This document shows, piece after piece, positions 39,413 through 49,217 of a stretch of DNA of 64,000 nucleotides. How positions within the stretch are numbered: position 1 is the first letter of the stretch; every line of letters begins with the position of its first letter. Under the pieces are notes generated by a model. It made no database searches, was not told the origin of the DNA, and saw nothing but the letters and a program-made list of their open reading frames with translations. The stretch lies in contig JAUXOG010000043.1 of assembly GCA_030682385.1 (NCBI GenBank), positions 34,473 to 98,472 of the forward strand. The letters are read 5' to 3'. Made by a program: the position numbers and the translations under genes. Source of the DNA: Bacteroidota bacterium. GTDB lineage: Bacteria; Bacteroidota; Ignavibacteria; UBA10030; BY39.

Positions 39413-41794
39413 ATGAAGCTGCCAAAATTTTTTTGTGCTCTGCTCGTATCAATCATATTATTGAGTAATACAGCCATTGCCCAATGGCCCTGCACTCCGA
39501 ATGAATGTGTTTCAATTTCTGGTGAATCGAATAACCAATGGAATTCACAACTCATCGAAGATTATTCTGGGAGAATTATATCTGTTTGGCAAGACCGGCG
39601 TTCAGGAGTATTTGAAAATATTTATTTGCAGCGTTTATCTACTACTGGATTAAAAGAATGGCAAACAAGCGGAGTGAAAGTTTCCAATGCTTCAGGGAAT
39701 CAATCGAGTCCGGGAGTTATTAGCGACAGTCTTGGAATTATTGTTGTCTGGCACGATAACCGTACGCCTAATGATAATAATATCTACGCACAAAAATTTA
39801 ATTATTCCGGTCAACCTCTCTGGACTGTGGATGGAATAACTATTTGTTCGGCAACGGGCAATCAATCAAATCCTAAAATTGTAAGCGATAATTTAGGCGG
39901 AGCTATAATCGTTTGGCAGGACCGTCGTAACGGGACAGATAATAATATTTATGCACAAAGAATAAATGCAAACGGACAAGCTCAATGGGCTGCCAACGGT
40001 ATTGTTGTAACTTCAGCTTCTTTCGATCAATTTAATCCTCAACTTGTAACAGATGGTGCTAATGGTGCAATAGTCGCCTGGCACGATTACCGCGTTGGCA
40101 CTGGTTACATAGATATATATGCTCAACGAGTTCTATCGAATGGCTCAATGTCTTGGCAGTCGGGTGGTGTAGCCGTAACAACAGCTAACCACAATCAGAC
40201 TAATTTGCAAATGATTGCCGATGGTTATAACGCGGCTATAATTGTTTGGCAGGATCGTCGAACCGGTATTGCCGACGATATTTACGGGCAACGCATCAGT
40301 CCTTCAGGTACTATTTTATGGTCAGTAAATGGTTCTCCAATTGCAGTGAGTGCAGGTTACAAATCTTTTCCACAACTCGCTTCTAATTATTCAGGAGGTG
40401 CGGTCGTAACCTGGCAGGATAACCGAACAGGTACCGATTACAATATATTTGCTCAGAATTTATCGTTGTATGGTGAAGAGTTATGGACTAAAAACGGCAT
40501 CTCAATATGTAACGCAACCGGTCATCAATATTATCCTCGAATAGTAACTGATAAAAGTGGTAATAGCATTATTACGTGGCAGGATAGAAGAAGCAGTTCT
40601 GATTACGATATCTACGCTCAACGTGTCAATGCGAACAGGACAATAAATTGGACACTCAATGGATTGATCATAAATTTAGCGGCGTACGATCAAATTGAAC
40701 CGCGGATTCTTTTGGATAATGATGGTGGTGCAATTATTTCGTGGACTGACTATAAGGCGACAGGTTATTCCGACATTTCCGCTCATCGTATTGGAACGAA
40801 CGGTAAGTACGCAGGTGGATGTTTCAGGTCGTTTACTCAGAATGATTTTATTCAAAAGGCAGTAAGACTCAAAACCTCGGTTGGAGTACCGAAACCAATG
40901 CCTACGGGTGGTAATGTTCGTGATACATTGTTTAAACGGGGAATTTTCCCGGCAGGAATCGTATTAGGTGTAGCAAAACCTGACAGCTCCACACTTTTTG
41001 GTTGGATACGAATTCAAAGGCAGTGGAATGTAAAAAGATTTTTAGTCCAATCGGGCGCTGCACGCCCATTTGATATGCGCGGGATAAAATATTTCATACG
41101 TGAATTGAGAAATCCGACTCCCCGTAGTTACGATAACCATCTGGCTGGCGAACTTCTAACTTTGAAACTGAATTTAGCAGCGAGCGATAACAAGATTACC
41201 CCTACCGGGTTAGGCGAAATTATTTACTATGATTCCCTAAAAGGAAACGGCTTTAACGGTAAAACTATACGCAACCTTGCTTTTCTTGCCGATAGCGCTC
41301 TTACAAATTGGCGATACTATAAACTTATGGACTATACGCTTCTCGATTCTGTTCTGACGCGTATTAATAGAGCTTTTGCTGGTGCTTTAGATACCATATC
41401 AACATCTCCTTTGGTATTTAAAAGCTCCCGCGGAATTTATGCTTCACCATTCCTTAGACTTGCAAAAACGAGTTCGCCTTTAGGGATGACGGCTGCTCTG
41501 TACGACGAATCTGAAACTCCCGAGCAATTTCATTTATATCAAAATTATCCCAATCCTTTTAACCCTACCACAAATATTGAATTCAATTTAGTCGATGCTT
41601 CACTCGTTACATTAATTATTTATAATACACTCGGCCAAGAAATCGGACGTTTGCTGAATAATGAAGAAATTGAAGCCGGTAGAAATGTTATCACGTTCGA
41701 GGCTGAAGGATTGTCGAGCGGAGTTTACTTCTATCGCCTCTCGATTAACAATGGAATGTATCAACAAATCAAAAAAATGATTCTTCTTCGCTGA
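39413..41794 (+). CDS. Secreted repeat (beta-propeller-like) protein with T9SS C-terminal domain
   Basis: Signal peptide; about seven repeats of GAIIVWQDRR.G...IYAQR; C-terminal LYQNYPNPFNP...KKMILLR. Confidence 0.85.
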   Translation: MKLPKFFCALLVSIILLSNTAIAQWPCTPNECVSISGESNNQWNSQLIEDYSGRIISVWQDRRSGVFENIYLQRLSTTGLKEWQTSGVKVSNASGNQSSPGVISDSLGIIVVWHDNRTPNDNNIYAQKFNYSGQPLWTVDGITICSATGNQSNPKIVSDNLGGAIIVWQDRRNGTDNNIYAQRINANGQAQWAANGIVVTSASFDQFNPQLVTDGANGAIVAWHDYRVGTGYIDIYAQRVLSNGSMSWQSGGVAVTTANHNQTNLQMIADGYNAAIIVWQDRRTGIADDIYGQRISPSGTILWSVNGSPIAVSAGYKSFPQLASNYSGGAVVTWQDNRTGTDYNIFAQNLSLYGEELWTKNGISICNATGHQYYPRIVTDKSGNSIITWQDRRSSSDYDIYAQRVNANRTINWTLNGLIINLAAYDQIEPRILLDNDGGAIISWTDYKATGYSDISAHRIGTNGKYAGGCFRSFTQNDFIQKAVRLKTSVGVPKPMPTGGNVRDTLFKRGIFPAGIVLGVAKPDSSTLFGWIRIQRQWNVKRFLVQSGAARPFDMRGIKYFIRELRNPTPRSYDNHLAGELLTLKLNLAASDNKITPTGLGEIIYYDSLKGNGFNGKTIRNLAFLADSALTNWRYYKLMDYTLLDSVLTRINRAFAGALDTISTSPLVFKSSRGIYASPFLRLAKTSSPLGMTAALYDESETPEQFHLYQNYPNPFNPTTNIEFNLVDASLVTLIIYNTLGQEIGRLLNNEEIEAGRNVITFEAEGLSSGVYFYRLSINNGMYQQIKKMILLR

Positions 41795-41861
41795 GCTACA
41801 ATCAGGCCAAGTATTGATGAAGTATTTAACTGCTCTCTTTAAAAAAAATCAGGTTTAATTT

Positions 41862-44800
41862 ATGCGTAAGTTGGTATATACTTTTTTCCTCTCCTTAATT
41901 ATTTTCTTATCTACATCGGCAATCGAAAATTACAAATTAATTAAAATATTGATCCCGGATGATAATGCTTTTAAAAAATTGATTTCCATCGGTGTCGATT
42001 TAGAAGGTGCTTCCGGAAAAGTAGGAGATTGGTATCAACTTACTGTCTCTGATTCTGAAATGAAGTTGTTGTTAAATGAAGGGTTCCAAATTAATGTTGA
42101 AATAGAAGATTTAACTCAATTCTATTCGTCTCGACTTTCAAAGCAAGCTTATGATGCTCTCGGTTTCGGTTATGGCAGTATGGGGGGGTACTACACTTTC
42201 GACGAAGCTAGCCGACAACTTGATACAATGCGTTTATTATATCCGAATCTGATAACAGCAAAATTTAGTATCGGTAATTCGTTGCAAGGGAGACCGATCT
42301 GGGCAGTAAAAATATCTAAAAACGCTGACTTGCCCTCCACACGACCGGAAGTTTTTTACAACGCACTCACACACGCACGCGAACCTGCCGGTATGATGTC
42401 GCTAATTTATTTTATGTGGCACTTGCTTCAAAATTATGGCACCGACTCAGAAGCAACATACCTTGTTGATAATCGCCAGATGTATATTGTTCCGGTTGTA
42501 AATCCCGATGGTTACGAAGCTAATCGTAGGTTTGCCCCTAACGGCGGTGGAATGCGGCGGAAAAATATGAGAAACGCAATAACCGATAACGATGTTCAAG
42601 GTGTCGATTTAAATCGAAACTTCGGATATATGTGGGGTTACGATAATAGTGGTTCAAGTCCAACTCCGACGGCAGCAACATATCGAGGTACTTCTGCTTT
42701 TAGTGAACCTGAAACTCAGGTGTTGCGAGATTTCTGTATCAGTCGTTCCGCATACGGCGGAATTAAATTAGTCCTCAATTACCATACGTACAGTAATCTA
42801 TTGATTTATCCTTGGGGATATATTCCAAGTGCTGAGACTCCCGACTCACTTTTATACCGTGAATATGCAAAGGACATGACTCAATTTAACGAATATGTCT
42901 ACGGAACACCCAGCCAGCTATTATATCCAGTAAATGGTGGTTCTGATGATTGGATGTATGGTGAGCAAACAATGAAGAACAAAATACTTTCGATGACACC
43001 TGAAGTTGGTACATCTACAGATGGTTTTTGGCCCCCCACAAGCAGAATTTTACCTTTAGCTCAGGAAAATTTATTTCCTAATTTATACTTAGCTCATGTT
43101 GCGGGTAGTTATCCGAGAGTACAGCAGATTGCAATATTCGATAGCAGCGGCGACGGCTATACAGAACGCGGTGAAAAATTTTACATAAAATTTACAATGC
43201 GCAATAAAGGGCTCGAAGCAGCACAAAATGTAAGCTTGCAGCTCTCATCCTCTAACCCTTATATTCAAGTCCCTTCTAGTCCGATTATTTTTGGAGTTAT
43301 GAATTCATTATCTAATAAAATAGATTCAATTCAATGTTCTATCGCAGCTTTGGCTCAGAACGGAACTTCAGCCCAAATATTCGCTGCTATTACCGAGCAG
43401 AGTGGAAGAATTCTATACGATACGATTCCTGTTCTAATCGGAAAAAAGATTGTTAAGTTGGTTTTTTCAGACAGCGCCAGTAACGGAACCGGCAATTGGA
43501 ATTTAGGTACAAGCTGGGGCTTATCTTCAGATAATCACACGCCGCCTTATTCATTCACCGATAGTCCTGCCGGGTTGTATGACAATAGTGCGGATAATAG
43601 TATGACATTGAACACCTCATTGATATTATCAGGTGGAACGGAAGTAAAATTAAAATTCTGGACGAAATGGGCAGTAGAAACCAAGTGGGATTTTGCAACG
43701 GTCGAAGCATCCAGCAATGGAGGTTCTACATGGAGTACCTTAAAAGGTAAATATACGAAACCTGGAAGCGGCTCAGGTGTTCAGACTAGCGGTAGCTATG
43801 GTTTCGATGGCACACAATCCACATGGGTCGAGGAAGAGATGGATGTAACTCGGTTCATATCTAATCAATTTAAATTCCGGTTTAGATTGAGAAGCGATAG
43901 CTACATTACCGCGGATGGTTTTTATGTAGATGATATCCGTCTGATAGTATATACACCTGACACCACAAAATATAGAGATATGAATATCTCGCTCGGGGCA
44001 ATTGATTTTGGAAAATTGGGTATAGGGAAATCGAAAGACACGACGATAATTATTGGTAACCTGCCCAGCTCGAATGATAATCTAAGTGGCTTGTCCACGC
44101 TAGTTTTATCAACTGGCTACAATTTAGAAAATGGCGGAAGCTTTGAAATTCCCGTTGGTGGAAGTCAAGAATTTCATGTTTCATTCAATCCACTCTCTGA
44201 AGGGGCGCTTAATGATACATTATTAATTACACATAACGGTACTTCCTTGCAAAGCCCTGTAAAAATTGTTCTGTATGGGATCGCTTATCATCCACCGCAA
44301 TTTCTTACAAAACTCATTATCAAAAATACCATTCATACCGATTCACTATTCTTTGGCGAAGCATATGGTGCAACAGATGGGGTTGATACATTATACGGTG
44401 AAGAAGAGCTCGAACCTTTACCGCCACTTGATTACTTCGATGTTAGATGGAATATTTCAGGCACTAACGGAACACTACTCGACATGCGCGACACTTTGGG
44501 CGCTTCAAATCCTATAAATATATTTGAATGTATTTTCCAAGTTGGAACTGGTGGATATCCTATAACTATTTCTTGGAATTCTGACAGCTTACCGAAAGGC
44601 GCTTTTATACTTAAAGACGCGCTTACAGCAGGTAATCTCGTTCATATCAATATGAAAAATACTGACTCGGTAATAGTTTCTGATACTTCGATTAATGCGC
44701 TTCTAATAGAACACCAGAATTTGCCTTCGATAAAGTTGAGTGTGAACGCTTTGTGGAATCTTGTTTCGCTGCCTTCAGAGGTCGAAAATCCACGTAAAAA

Positions 44801-45161
44801 TGTTTTGTTCCCGACTGTTTCTTCACAAGCTTTTACTTATAGCGGTAACTATTTTTCGCGGGATACGTTAAAAAGGGGAGAAGGATATTGGTTGAAGTTT
44901 AATTCACCCGAAGAGATCGAAATAACTGGTTATGAGGTAATGACTGATACAATCGATGTTTTTGAAGGATGGAATTTAATCGGTTCCATCAGTCAGCCGG
45001 TTGGAGTGAACGGCATAATAACCGAACCGGAAAATATTATTAGTTCTGTATTTTATGGTTACGATTCAGGATACAAAGCCGTTCAATTAATAATGCCAGG
45101 ACAAGCATACTGGGTGAAAGTTAAGCAGAACGGTAAGTTGATATTGAGTATGAATAATTAA
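41862..45161 (+). CDS. Secreted M14 zinc carboxypeptidase (carboxypeptidase T-like) with multiple accessory beta domains
   Basis: HARE, NPDG, RKN, GVDLNRNF, NYHTY and PEVG motifs, followed by jelly-roll and Ig-like domains. Confidence 0.9.
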   Translation: MRKLVYTFFLSLIIFLSTSAIENYKLIKILIPDDNAFKKLISIGVDLEGASGKVGDWYQLTVSDSEMKLLLNEGFQINVEIEDLTQFYSSRLSKQAYDALGFGYGSMGGYYTFDEASRQLDTMRLLYPNLITAKFSIGNSLQGRPIWAVKISKNADLPSTRPEVFYNALTHAREPAGMMSLIYFMWHLLQNYGTDSEATYLVDNRQMYIVPVVNPDGYEANRRFAPNGGGMRRKNMRNAITDNDVQGVDLNRNFGYMWGYDNSGSSPTPTAATYRGTSAFSEPETQVLRDFCISRSAYGGIKLVLNYHTYSNLLIYPWGYIPSAETPDSLLYREYAKDMTQFNEYVYGTPSQLLYPVNGGSDDWMYGEQTMKNKILSMTPEVGTSTDGFWPPTSRILPLAQENLFPNLYLAHVAGSYPRVQQIAIFDSSGDGYTERGEKFYIKFTMRNKGLEAAQNVSLQLSSSNPYIQVPSSPIIFGVMNSLSNKIDSIQCSIAALAQNGTSAQIFAAITEQSGRILYDTIPVLIGKKIVKLVFSDSASNGTGNWNLGTSWGLSSDNHTPPYSFTDSPAGLYDNSADNSMTLNTSLILSGGTEVKLKFWTKWAVETKWDFATVEASSNGGSTWSTLKGKYTKPGSGSGVQTSGSYGFDGTQSTWVEEEMDVTRFISNQFKFRFRLRSDSYITADGFYVDDIRLIVYTPDTTKYRDMNISLGAIDFGKLGIGKSKDTTIIIGNLPSSNDNLSGLSTLVLSTGYNLENGGSFEIPVGGSQEFHVSFNPLSEGALNDTLLITHNGTSLQSPVKIVLYGIAYHPPQFLTKLIIKNTIHTDSLFFGEAYGATDGVDTLYGEEELEPLPPLDYFDVRWNISGTNGTLLDMRDTLGASNPINIFECIFQVGTGGYPITISWNSDSLPKGAFILKDALTAGNLVHINMKNTDSVIVSDTSINALLIEHQNLPSIKLSVNALWNLVSLPSEVENPRKNVLFPTVSSQAFTYSGNYFSRDTLKRGEGYWLKFNSPEEIEITGYEVMTDTIDVFEGWNLIGSISQPVGVNGIITEPENIISSVFYGYDSGYKAVQLIMPGQAYWVKVKQNGKLILSMNN

Positions 45162-45185
45162 AGGGTGGTTCTAAAAATCCAAATC

Positions 45186-45237
45186 AATGTCGAATCCACC
45201 TACTCCCGCAAAGGCGGGATTCGGCGGATTCGACATT
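45186..45237. terminator. Nested hairpin after the carboxypeptidase gene (terminator or repeat element)
   Basis: AATGTCGAATCC...CCCGC-AAAG-GCGGG...GGATTCGACATT. Confidence 0.6.
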
Positions 45238-45420
45238 AAAATTTTATTCTATTTTAGAAAACTTATCTAACTCCGGGTACTATGCTCGGAGTTTATTTAT
45301 TTTCACATTTGGGAGTCGCTCCAAAAATTCTTATATTTTCACGCGTTATTTATTCTTGGCTGCTTATTGCCAACTTATCCGCCGAAGTTCGCTGGAAGCG
45401 GCCGAAGGCGGTTTGGCTAT

Positions 45421-45464
45421 TGACAATTAACCATAAGTCAATGACTATTAAACCGCCCCCGTAG
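45421..45464 (+). repeat. Duplicate of the tRNA-Arg leader plus the first 10 nt of the tRNA
   Basis: 41/44 identical to 45658-45701; ends in GCCCCCGTAG. Confidence 0.9.
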
Positions 45465-45691
45465 TTCGAATTTGACATAACTTACCAAACGTAGTGCAGG
45501 TAAGTTATCTGTCAAATTCAGAATCCCGCAGAATCCGCCTGAGGCGGATTCTGCGGGACTCAAAATTACAAATGAGTTAGCTTCGCTACGCTCGCTAACT
45601 CATGTAATTTTTGAACTAAACCGTTTGTCGGGTCAAGAAATAAATTGAAAAGTTAAATGACAATTGACCATTAGTCATTGACTATTAAACC

Positions 45692-45764
45692 GCCCCCGTA
45701 GCTCAGTGGATAGAGCAGCGGTTTCCTAAACCGTTGGCCGGCAGTTCAACTCTGCCCGGGGGTA
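45692..45764 (+). tRNA. tRNA-Arg (anticodon CCT)
   Basis: Cloverleaf: acceptor GCCCCCG/CGGGGGT, D arm GCTC/GAGC, anticodon arm GCGGT-TTCCTAA-ACCGT, T arm GGCAG-TTCAACT-CTGCC. CCA is not encoded. Confidence 0.95.
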
Positions 45765-45878
45765 CAGATGTACCTGATTATGGTTTCTCCCGTCTATTCG
45801 CCGTTGGCGAATGACGGGATCCGCAAATTAACACATAAGTTAGCTTCGCTATGCTCGCTAACTTATGTTAATTTGGGA

Positions 45879-45918
45879 CTAAACCGTTGGCCGGCAGTTC
45901 AACTCTGCCCGGGGGTAC
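45879..45918 (+). repeat. Perfect 40-bp copy of the tRNA-Arg 3' half (att-like)
   Basis: Identical to 45726-45765; begins within the anticodon loop. Confidence 0.93.
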
Positions 45919-45923
45919 TAGAA

Positions 45924-45986
45924 AAAATTCAAAATTCAAAATTCAAAGTTCAAAAATCAAAAATCAAAAATCAAAAATCAAAAATC
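45924..45986 (+). repeat. Heptamer tandem repeat (AAARWTC)x9
   Basis: AAAATTC x3, AAAGTTC, AAAAATC x5; ends 4 nt before the proS ATG. Confidence 0.95.
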
Positions 45987-45990
45987 TCTA

Positions 45991-47688
45991 ATGCGATTAT
46001 CTAAAAGTTTTATACCAACTCAGAAAGAAGTTCCTTCTGATGCAACTATTCCAAGTCATCAACTAATGCTTCGCGCAGGATTGATGCGGCAACTCGGCGC
46101 CGGAATATTTTCATTTCTACCTCTCGGCTACAAGGTGATGAAAAAAGTTATGAATTTAGTCCGCGAAGAAATTGATGCAATAGGCGGACAGGAATTTCAT
46201 CTACCCGCGCTAAGCCCAATCGAAATTTGGGAAAAAACAGGCAGGGTGGAGGCATTCGGCGATATACTCTTCCACATAAAAAATCGTCCCTTGGTGTTGG
46301 CGCCCACTCACGAAGAAATTATCGGTTGGGTAGCGGCTAACCACATCGAATCGTACAAAGATTTACCACAGATTTGGTATCAGATTCAAACTAAATTTCG
46401 AAACGAACCACGTCCGCGCTCCGGTGTTTTGCGAGGGCGACAGTTTGTGATGAAAGATTCATACAGTTTGGATGCCACTTGGGAAGGACTCGATAAGAGT
46501 TACGATTTGCACGCTGAAGCTTACAAGAAAATATTCACACGTGCAGGTTTGAAATTCTTTATTGTTGGTGCATCGAGCGGTGCGATGGGGGGAACCGGTT
46601 CGCAGGAGTTTATGGTCGAATCGCCTTCCGGTGAGGATACCTGTGCGGTTTGTGAAAGATGTGGTTATGCTGCAAACATCGAAGTTGCAGCCTCGAATGT
46701 CGAGAAAGCTGTTCGCGTTCCTGCAAATCTCCAACTAAAAGAAATTCATACACCAAATGTAAAAACCATTGATGAGCTACGGGACTATTTAAAAGTTGAT
46801 GAAAGCATTTTAGCTAAATCTCTGGTTTACATACAGAATGGAATTCCACATCTGATAATGATGATGGGAAACGATCAGCTTAACGAAACAAAACTTCAAA
46901 CGGTGATTGGGGCAAATGCACGGTCGGCGCACCCCGAAGAACTTGCTGAACTCACAGGTGCTGATGCCGGCTCAATTGGTCCACTTGGTTTAAAAGGGTT
47001 TAAGATTTTAATTGATAAGCGACTCGAAAATGCAAATGGACTTGTCAGCGGTATGAACAAAAACGATTACCACATAGGCAATATCGATTTAAAGCGTGAT
47101 GTTCAGGTCGATGGTTATTACGATTTCCGCACAGTTGCTGCCGGCGAACCTTGCCCACAATGTAACGAACAACTTCGTGTGGTGAATGCAATCGAACTCG
47201 GTCACATATTTAAACTTGGGACAAAATATGCCGACGCACTTGATGCAAAATTTTTAGACGAACACGGCGAGATGAAACCGATTATTATGGGTAGTTACGG
47301 AATTGGAATAGAACGGATTATCGCCTGCGGAATCGAACAAAGCCACGATGCCAACGGAATCATCTGGAATAAATCGGTGGCTCCTTACGATGTTCATCTT
47401 ATTTTGGTTAATTCGAATGTCGAGAATGTAGTTAGAACCGCAGAAAGTGTGTATGAAACTCTCATACAAAATAAATTCGAAGTTCTATACGACGACCGTT
47501 CGAATGTAAGTCCCGGTTTCAAATTCAAAGATGCCGACTTGCTTGGCATGCCGCTTCACGTTATTATCGGTGAAAAGAATGTGGTGAAAAATAAAATCGA
47601 AATTAAAGAACGCAAAAGCGGACAGCGGCATATCATCGAGATTGAACAGCTAATAAGTTTCATCAAAAACTTCTACGAAAATAATTAA
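45991..47688 (+). CDS. proS: Proline--tRNA ligase (bacterial type with editing insertion)
   Basis: SHQLMLRAG, LAPTHEE, KFRNEPRPR.G..RGRQF.MKDSYS, GHIFKLGTKY and YGIGIER. Confidence 0.98.
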   Translation: MRLSKSFIPTQKEVPSDATIPSHQLMLRAGLMRQLGAGIFSFLPLGYKVMKKVMNLVREEIDAIGGQEFHLPALSPIEIWEKTGRVEAFGDILFHIKNRPLVLAPTHEEIIGWVAANHIESYKDLPQIWYQIQTKFRNEPRPRSGVLRGRQFVMKDSYSLDATWEGLDKSYDLHAEAYKKIFTRAGLKFFIVGASSGAMGGTGSQEFMVESPSGEDTCAVCERCGYAANIEVAASNVEKAVRVPANLQLKEIHTPNVKTIDELRDYLKVDESILAKSLVYIQNGIPHLIMMMGNDQLNETKLQTVIGANARSAHPEELAELTGADAGSIGPLGLKGFKILIDKRLENANGLVSGMNKNDYHIGNIDLKRDVQVDGYYDFRTVAAGEPCPQCNEQLRVVNAIELGHIFKLGTKYADALDAKFLDEHGEMKPIIMGSYGIGIERIIACGIEQSHDANGIIWNKSVAPYDVHLILVNSNVENVVRTAESVYETLIQNKFEVLYDDRSNVSPGFKFKDADLLGMPLHVIIGEKNVVKNKIEIKERKSGQRHIIEIEQLISFIKNFYENN

Positions 47689-47689
47689 G

Positions 47690-49114
47690 ATGGTAGTAGA
47701 ATATCCATTCATAATTGGTTCAGATAGAAGAACTTCAAAAATTGTAAAGGATATTATCAATCCTTATACAAACGAACTCGTTGCTAAAGTTCATTATGCC
47801 GAAGAAGCGGACGTTGAGGAAGCTATTCAGGTTGCTCAACAAGCTTTTCGAGTTACAAAAGTATTGCCTGCATATCGTCGTGCTGAAATTTTAGAAAACG
47901 TTTCCCGGATTTTAAGTAACCGCAAAACTGACTTAGCCAATTTGATGACGGCTGAAAGCGGCAAACCTATTACATATTCGCTGGCTGAACTTGACCGTGC
48001 AATTTATACATTCAAGTATGCATCCGAAGAAGCAAAAAGAATTTCCGGTGAAACAATTCCGCTCGACCTTGCAGCTCATTCTGAAAAACGATTTGGAATT
48101 GTACGGCGGTTTCCGATCGGACCGATACTCGCTATTACACCATTCAACTTTCCATTAAATTTAGTTGCACACAAAGTTGCTCCTGCAATTGCTGCCGGAA
48201 ACCCGATAGTTTTGAAGCCGGCACCCCAAGCTCCGATACTCGCTTTAATTCTCGCTGAAATTGTGCTTGAAGCCGGCGCACCTGCCGGAATGCTGAACGT
48301 CCTTCCCTGTTCAAATGATTTAGCTGAGAAAATGGTTCGTGACGAACGTTTTAAAATGCTGACTTTTACAGGCAGTGCCAAAGTCGGTTGGTTTTTAAAA
48401 TCTATTGCAGGTAATAAAAAAGTTGTTCTTGAACTCGGCGGCAATGCTGGTGTTATTGTTGATAAATCGGCTGATGTGCAATCGATCGTTAAACGGATTG
48501 CTTTAGGTGCATTCGGGCAAGCAGGACAAAGTTGTATTAAAGTTCAGCGGATTTATGTGGATGAAAAAATTGCAGACGAGTTTATAGAAAAATTTCTATC
48601 AGCTACAAAAGAAACACAGTTTGGAGATCCTACAAAACTTGAAACTGTTGTTGGACCTTTGATTGATAAATCGGCGGCGGATAGAGTTACAGATTGGATT
48701 ACCGAAGCCGTCGCATCTGGGGCAAAAATATTAACAGGTGGAAAACGAAACGGATTGGTTATCGAACCGACAGTTATAAGCGATGCAAAACCGGATATGA
48801 AAATTGTATGTGAAGAAATATTCGGACCGGTTGTAACGCTTCATACATTCAAATTATTTGAAGATGCCGTTTCAGAAATCAACAACTCAAAATACGGTTT
48901 ACAAGCCGGTGTTTTCTCAAACGATTTTAAAAATATTATGTTCGCTTTTGAAAATTTAGAAGTTGGAGGGATTGTGGTTAACGACTTCCCGACATATCGC
49001 ATAGACCACATGCCTTACGGCGGCGTTAAAGATTCAGGTATCGGCAGGGAAGGGCTGAAATATGCCATCGAAGAGATGACTGAACCGAAGCTATTAGTTC
49101 TGAATCTCCCTTAA
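47690..49114 (+). CDS. NAD(P)-dependent aldehyde dehydrogenase
   Basis: ITPFNFP, FTGS, LELGGNA, GQSC, EEIFGPV and PYGGVKDSGIGREG. Confidence 0.95.
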   Translation: MVVEYPFIIGSDRRTSKIVKDIINPYTNELVAKVHYAEEADVEEAIQVAQQAFRVTKVLPAYRRAEILENVSRILSNRKTDLANLMTAESGKPITYSLAELDRAIYTFKYASEEAKRISGETIPLDLAAHSEKRFGIVRRFPIGPILAITPFNFPLNLVAHKVAPAIAAGNPIVLKPAPQAPILALILAEIVLEAGAPAGMLNVLPCSNDLAEKMVRDERFKMLTFTGSAKVGWFLKSIAGNKKVVLELGGNAGVIVDKSADVQSIVKRIALGAFGQAGQSCIKVQRIYVDEKIADEFIEKFLSATKETQFGDPTKLETVVGPLIDKSAADRVTDWITEAVASGAKILTGGKRNGLVIEPTVISDAKPDMKIVCEEIFGPVVTLHTFKLFEDAVSEINNSKYGLQAGVFSNDFKNIMFAFENLEVGGIVVNDFPTYRIDHMPYGGVKDSGIGREGLKYAIEEMTEPKLLVLNLP

Positions 49115-49217
49115 AAACAAAATCCAAATAATTGTAATTACTTATTGCTTTTAATTTGCAATTTGATAATTTTGAACCATCAATTTCTATTCTTTTTAAA
49201 TCTTATATCGAAAATAA

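Noticed and set aside
45455-45625. Intron-containing or split second tRNA-Arg
   Set aside because: Only the first 10 nt and a 10-nt anticodon-arm piece are present; the D arm, T arm and acceptor 3' strand are missing, and there is no intron core.
45282-46004. ORFs 45282-45464 and 45768-46004
   Set aside because: They are made of hairpins, tRNA fragments and the heptamer tract (IQNSKFKVQKSKIKNQKSKI).
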